Positions 36,340 through 40,465 of a stretch of 40,465 nucleotides of DNA are shown here, piece after piece. The stretch's first letter is position 1. Every line of letters starts with the position of its first letter. A model generated the notes under the pieces. It made no database searches. It worked only from the letters and a program-made list of their open reading frames with translations, and was not told the origin of the DNA. The translations under genes were made by a program, and so were the position numbers. The stretch comes from Pseudomonadota bacterium (GTDB lineage: Bacteria; Bdellovibrionota_B; Oligoflexia; Oligoflexales; CAIYRB01): assembly GCA_031416315.1 (NCBI GenBank), contig JANOTL010000174.1, positions 1-40,465 on the forward strand. Reading direction: 5' to 3'.

Positions 36340-39027
36340 ATGCGTTCGTCGTCGATCCTCGTCCTCGCGGTCACGCTCAGCTTCGCCGCATGCAAATCCG
36401 AGGATGACGACCGTCCTTCGTCGTCGCCAAAGCCCGCTGTGACCACGACGCCACCGCCCGGAGGCGCGTCCTCGACTGAGACTTCACCCGTCGCGACCAT
36501 CGGGACGCTTTCGTTCAGCATCGAAGGGCAGGTTACCCCGATGGAAGGGCTCGGGCCGCAGTCCGCGGCCAATGCCGCCATCGCCGTCGCAGGCCATCCC
36601 GAGCTCGCGACGACGACCGATGCCCAAGGTCGATTCGGGATCACCGCGCAACCTGGCGTCGTCGACATCTACGTGACCGCCGCGGACGGCGCGGCGCTTA
36701 CGGAAAGTCCGGCCGCGTACGGGCTCAAGTTCGGTAAGGTCGTCGTCAAAGCCGGGGAAAAAACCGACCTCGGCGTCAACGCGTTGAAGGCGACGGGCGC
36801 CGTCACGGGCGACGTCCGCTTTCTCGATCCGAGCCAATCGGCCCCGCTCGTCGGCACGGATGTCTACGTCCCGGGCACGCAGCTCATCGCCAAAACTGAC
36901 GACGCCGGCAACTTCGCGCTCGCCGGCATGCCCGTCGGCGAATACGAGCTACAGATAGAGCGCACGGGCTTCGCCCCGGTCCGGTTGAAGGGCGTAGCCG
37001 TGGCGGAAGGGGCGACGACGCCGCTCCCGGCGGTGCTGCTCTCGGTGTCGGGCGGGCCCGAAGGCGCCCTCGCAGTGACCGCGACGAGCACGCCGACGAT
37101 CGGCGGCAAGGCCGTCAAGGTCTCGAATGCTCACAAGGTGCAGCTCGCGCTCGCCTACAACAGCGAGGCGGCGTTGATGAAAATCGCCGACGAGCCGAGC
37201 TTCCTCGACAAGAAGTGGGAGAGCGTGGCGCCTGCTTACGAATGGACTTTCGATTCGGACGGTCGCAAGACGCTCTACGTCAAGTTCTCCGATTTGAACG
37301 GTCTCGAGAGCTCGCCGTACGCCGACGTCGTCGTCGTCGACACCGAAGCGCCGGCCTTGGGCGAAGTGAAAATCTTGAACGGCTGGGCGGTTGCTGCGAA
37401 GCCCGAGGTGTTTGTCGACGCGCTCGCAACGGACGCAGGAACAGGCATCGCCGAGGTCGCCTATGCCTTTGCCGAGGGCGACCTTGCGGCGGCGAGCTGG
37501 AGCGCTTTCGCGCCGCGGCTCTTTCTAAGCTTGCCGGCCGCCGCGGGCCCGAAACGTCTTTACGTCAAAGTTCGCGACCACGTTGGTCGCGAGTCGAACG
37601 TCGCCGCCGACTCGATCAACCTCGGGACGATGACCGAGATCTTGCCCACCACTTATCCAGGCGATCTCAAGCTCACGGCCGCGCAAAGCCCGTACAACCT
37701 ACGAGGTGCCGCGGTCGTGATGGGCGACCTCACGATCGAACCCGGCGTAACCTTCTACTTCCATAGCACCGCGTCGACTGACGGCGTCGACGTGCGCGGC
37801 AAAATTATGGCGATCGGCGAAGCCACTGCGGGTAAGAGTATCACCTTTGACCTCAACGCCGCCGTCTCTTGCTCGATCTCGCCTGGTAGGATTCTCAACA
37901 TCAACGCGGCGCCCGGCACCAGCGAAGGCACCCGGATCGAGCACGCGAGCTTCCGGCGCATGAGCTTGTCGCTGAACGGAGGCCGGGTCGCGCGCTCCAG
38001 TTTCGACGGCGACTTCGACGGCTGTCCTGGCGTGCCGGGCGGCATCATCGAAAAGCACGGGTTCGACGACCTGACGGTCACGGAGAACACCTTTACGCAC
38101 TGGGGCAACGCGCTTTACGTCAGGTCCGGCGTCGGCAACACGCGTTTCGTCGGCAACTCCGGAACCGTCGCCGCGGCGCTCGCGCAGGACCGTGACGCGA
38201 CCGGGACCACATATACCGGCAACACGCTCACGAACGATTTCTACGCGGGCCTCGGCGGCGGGATGATCAGCGTCACAAGTGGCGCGATGGACTTCGCGAG
38301 CAACACATTTTCGACCTTGGGGACCGCAGTCTACGGAAACTCCGCCGAGGACGTGACCGTCTCCGGCGTTCACTTCAAGAGCTGCGCGAACGTCGTGGTG
38401 AATGAGAGCTATGAGCCGGTCGGCAAGCTCACGATCACGAACTCACGGTTTGACGCGTGCGCTAAGGGGATCACCGCAGCACTCTCCCCGTACCAAGGCG
38501 CGGTCGAGATCGACCGCTCCGACGTCAACGTCAGCACGGCCTTGGCGTCCGCGATCACGACCCAGCCGTCGTCGAGCTGGACCTTCCGCAACAGCGAGTT
38601 GAAGTGTGGCTTCCCCCTGCAAGCGAGCTATTGCGACCTCCTACTTCGTGATGCCAGCGGCGGCGCTCCTTCGATTCTCGAGAACAACAGCAGCACTCCG
38701 TACATCGACGTCTATCAGCTCATCGGCAACAACATTGACTGTCCGGTCGGCGTGTGCCGCGGCGTCACGCTCCTTAATGGCGCAGCACGGGTATTCTATG
38801 CCCAGGTTACGGGCCCGTTCACAAACAACTACTGGTACGGCCGCTCAGCCGTTTTCGGTTCCAGCTTTACAAGCGACATTCGTATGGCAAATTCGGCCCT
38901 TGGACAGGCCCAGGGGGCAATCCGGGCATTCACCTTCAGCGGCACGGCCATCCCGGATCTCAACGCGACGTTTTCTATCTCGAGCACCTCGGCAGGCGAG
39001 CCAAATGTTGGCGCGGGAGCGCCGTGA
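36340..39027 (+). CDS. Large surface lipoprotein: carboxypeptidase-regulatory-like/Ig-like domains plus right-handed beta-helix
   Basis: AAGGGG RBS; lipobox FAAC; TTTDAQGRF, KTDDAGNFALAGMPVGEY and DTEAP; SPY....GDLTIEPGVT followed by Asn-rich beta-helix repeats. Confidence 0.8.
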   Translation: MRSSSILVLAVTLSFAACKSEDDDRPSSSPKPAVTTTPPPGGASSTETSPVATIGTLSFSIEGQVTPMEGLGPQSAANAAIAVAGHPELATTTDAQGRFGITAQPGVVDIYVTAADGAALTESPAAYGLKFGKVVVKAGEKTDLGVNALKATGAVTGDVRFLDPSQSAPLVGTDVYVPGTQLIAKTDDAGNFALAGMPVGEYELQIERTGFAPVRLKGVAVAEGATTPLPAVLLSVSGGPEGALAVTATSTPTIGGKAVKVSNAHKVQLALAYNSEAALMKIADEPSFLDKKWESVAPAYEWTFDSDGRKTLYVKFSDLNGLESSPYADVVVVDTEAPALGEVKILNGWAVAAKPEVFVDALATDAGTGIAEVAYAFAEGDLAAASWSAFAPRLFLSLPAAAGPKRLYVKVRDHVGRESNVAADSINLGTMTEILPTTYPGDLKLTAAQSPYNLRGAAVVMGDLTIEPGVTFYFHSTASTDGVDVRGKIMAIGEATAGKSITFDLNAAVSCSISPGRILNINAAPGTSEGTRIEHASFRRMSLSLNGGRVARSSFDGDFDGCPGVPGGIIEKHGFDDLTVTENTFTHWGNALYVRSGVGNTRFVGNSGTVAAALAQDRDATGTTYTGNTLTNDFYAGLGGGMISVTSGAMDFASNTFSTLGTAVYGNSAEDVTVSGVHFKSCANVVVNESYEPVGKLTITNSRFDACAKGITAALSPYQGAVEIDRSDVNVSTALASAITTQPSSSWTFRNSELKCGFPLQASYCDLLLRDASGGAPSILENNSSTPYIDVYQLIGNNIDCPVGVCRGVTLLNGAARVFYAQVTGPFTNNYWYGRSAVFGSSFTSDIRMANSALGQAQGAIRAFTFSGTAIPDLNATFSISSTSAGEPNVGAGAP

Positions 39028-39121
39028 GCCGAGCGAGGGTGCTGTCGCGCTCTTGGCGTATCGGGCGCAAAGGCACTGCGCCTTTAGGCCGCCGGCACTG
39101 TGACCCGAAAGCCGGATCAAC

Positions 39122-40465
39122 CTACCCCAAAAGCGGCGCAATCACCGGCGCCCTCCCCCCATTCCTTTCCACCGCCCAATGCCGCTCCTCCCCAATCCCG
39201 AACCGGGCATAAAGCGTATTCGCGATTGACGCAAAGCTCAGATATTCCCCAGCCCGATAAACCTCCGGCTTCGCCTCGCTCGCCCGCATCGTCGCGAAGT
39301 CGAAGGGCTTCCCCATCGCCTTCAAATGCTGCGGATCCAGCGCCAAGTGCGCGCCCGAAAGCACCTCGCCGCTCGCGCGCGTATCGCCTTCACCCAACAC
39401 CAATCCCCCCTTGATTCCGGCACCGCCAATCAAGATCGAGTTCGTCAACGGATTGTGGTCGGTCCCAGTATCGTCGATTGGCCGCTCCATCTGCCGCAAG
39501 GTGCGCCCGAACTCTGAGCCGACCACGAATACGGTCCGATCGAAAAGGCTCGACTTCGCATCGAAGGGCGTCGTCTTCAAGCGCTCGATCACCTGCGCGA
39601 GCCGCTTGGCGATGCTGCCGATCATCTCGCCCGATTTGCGCGCGTCTTCCGGGCCGTGCGTATCCAAGAAGTCATTGTTCTCTGGGCGCAAGGTCAGGAT
39701 CGCGCTCCGGGTCGCGCCCGTCTTGAAGAACTCGCCGACGATCATCAGCTCGTCCGCGAATGGGTCGATGGTCTCGCCCGGCTGCGGATCGGGCAAGCTC
39801 AGCTTTTTCAGGATCTCAGCCAGGCGCGGCGCCTCGCCCAAAGCGTCGCGGAACAAGGCGGAGGCGGCCGAAAACCGGCCTTTGCCCTGCGCGTTCGCCG
39901 CATACCGCGACGCCAGGTGACGCGTTACCGGATCGCTCGGATCGAGCGGCGTCGACGAGTTCAGCTTTTTCACCAGGGAGCGCGCCGCGTACGGCGACAG
40001 CGGCATCGACGCGCCGTTGTTGGCCACGTCGGCGAAGAGAAAACCGGTCTGCACGTAATCGAGCGGCGTGCGCGCGCCCGACATCTCGTTCAGATGCGGG
40101 ATGAACGAGTCGCCGCCGAACGGGTTCCCCGTCAGCATGAAGTTGGTGTTCTGGTCGTGGCCGTCGAAGCTCGCCGCCATGACGACGCCGTTCAGCACGC
40201 TGAAGTCCTGACGATAAGGCGCTAGCGGCGCGGTCAACGACGTCGCCAAAGCGACGCCGCCGTTGGTGCCGACCCACGGCGTGGGCTCCTCGTTGAGATA
40301 ATTCGCCTTGATCCCCGCCGCCGTCAAAGACAAGGAGCGCGCGTCGAAGAGGTAGCTCGAGTCCATGCCGTCGGGTATGGCGACGAAGAGGAAGAAGAGC
40401 GGGCCGCCGTCCGCGGCGCGGGCGGTGCCAGCCCCGAGCGAGCCGAGGCCGAAGGTCGCGGCGGT
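39122..40465 (-). CDS. Second DUF1501 family protein (5' end beyond the window)
   Basis: Frame open to the window edge (…GTARAADGGPLFFLFVAIPDGMD); LDTH, VVGSEFGRT, GTDHN and GAGIKGGLVLG. Confidence 0.85.
   Translation of the reverse strand, partial: TAATFGLGSLGAGTARAADGGPLFFLFVAIPDGMDSSYLFDARSLSLTAAGIKANYLNEEPTPWVGTNGGVALATSLTAPLAPYRQDFSVLNGVVMAASFDGHDQNTNFMLTGNPFGGDSFIPHLNEMSGARTPLDYVQTGFLFADVANNGASMPLSPYAARSLVKKLNSSTPLDPSDPVTRHLASRYAANAQGKGRFSAASALFRDALGEAPRLAEILKKLSLPDPQPGETIDPFADELMIVGEFFKTGATRSAILTLRPENNDFLDTHGPEDARKSGEMIGSIAKRLAQVIERLKTTPFDAKSSLFDRTVFVVGSEFGRTLRQMERPIDDTGTDHNPLTNSILIGGAGIKGGLVLGEGDTRASGEVLSGAHLALDPQHLKAMGKPFDFATMRASEAKPEVYRAGEYLSFASIANTLYARFGIGEERHWAVERNGGRAPVIAPLLG

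Overview
GC-rich bacterial chromosomal window with about 34 genes. I see no rRNA, tRNA, CRISPR array or transposase. The gene set suggests a predatory Bdellovibrionota/Oligoflexia- or myxobacteria-like organism; this is inference from an FHA-GGDEF cyclase resembling DgcB, repeated sigma28-like promoters, many lipoproteins and proteases, and two DUF1501 loci. Housekeeping genes include a partial hisC, a CPA2 antiporter, an SDR, an FdhF/YdeP molybdoenzyme, a MerA-like flavoprotein, glk, ugd, creD, yhhQ, bcp, NUDIX, LysR and tldD/tldE. The most notable observations are: (1) a papain-like lipoprotein punctuated by seven G-x-[GA]-L-[ATN]-[ED]-like linker motifs, a possible polyprotein or processing signal; (2) a subtilase whose catalytic Ser is Thr; (3) a PilX-like pilin with a CxxCH heme motif; (4) a Bcp peroxiredoxin between a histone-H1-like basic arm and an acidic tail; (5) a putatively sigma28-driven lipoprotein/DUF1501/cytochrome operon; (6) an 11-bp-phased repeat array and a C13 tract upstream of creD; (7) a NUDIX gene that appears to have captured a LysR operator next to a collapsed NmrA gene; (8) two related REP-like palindromes. 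All family calls come from motif recognition by eye, not database searches.
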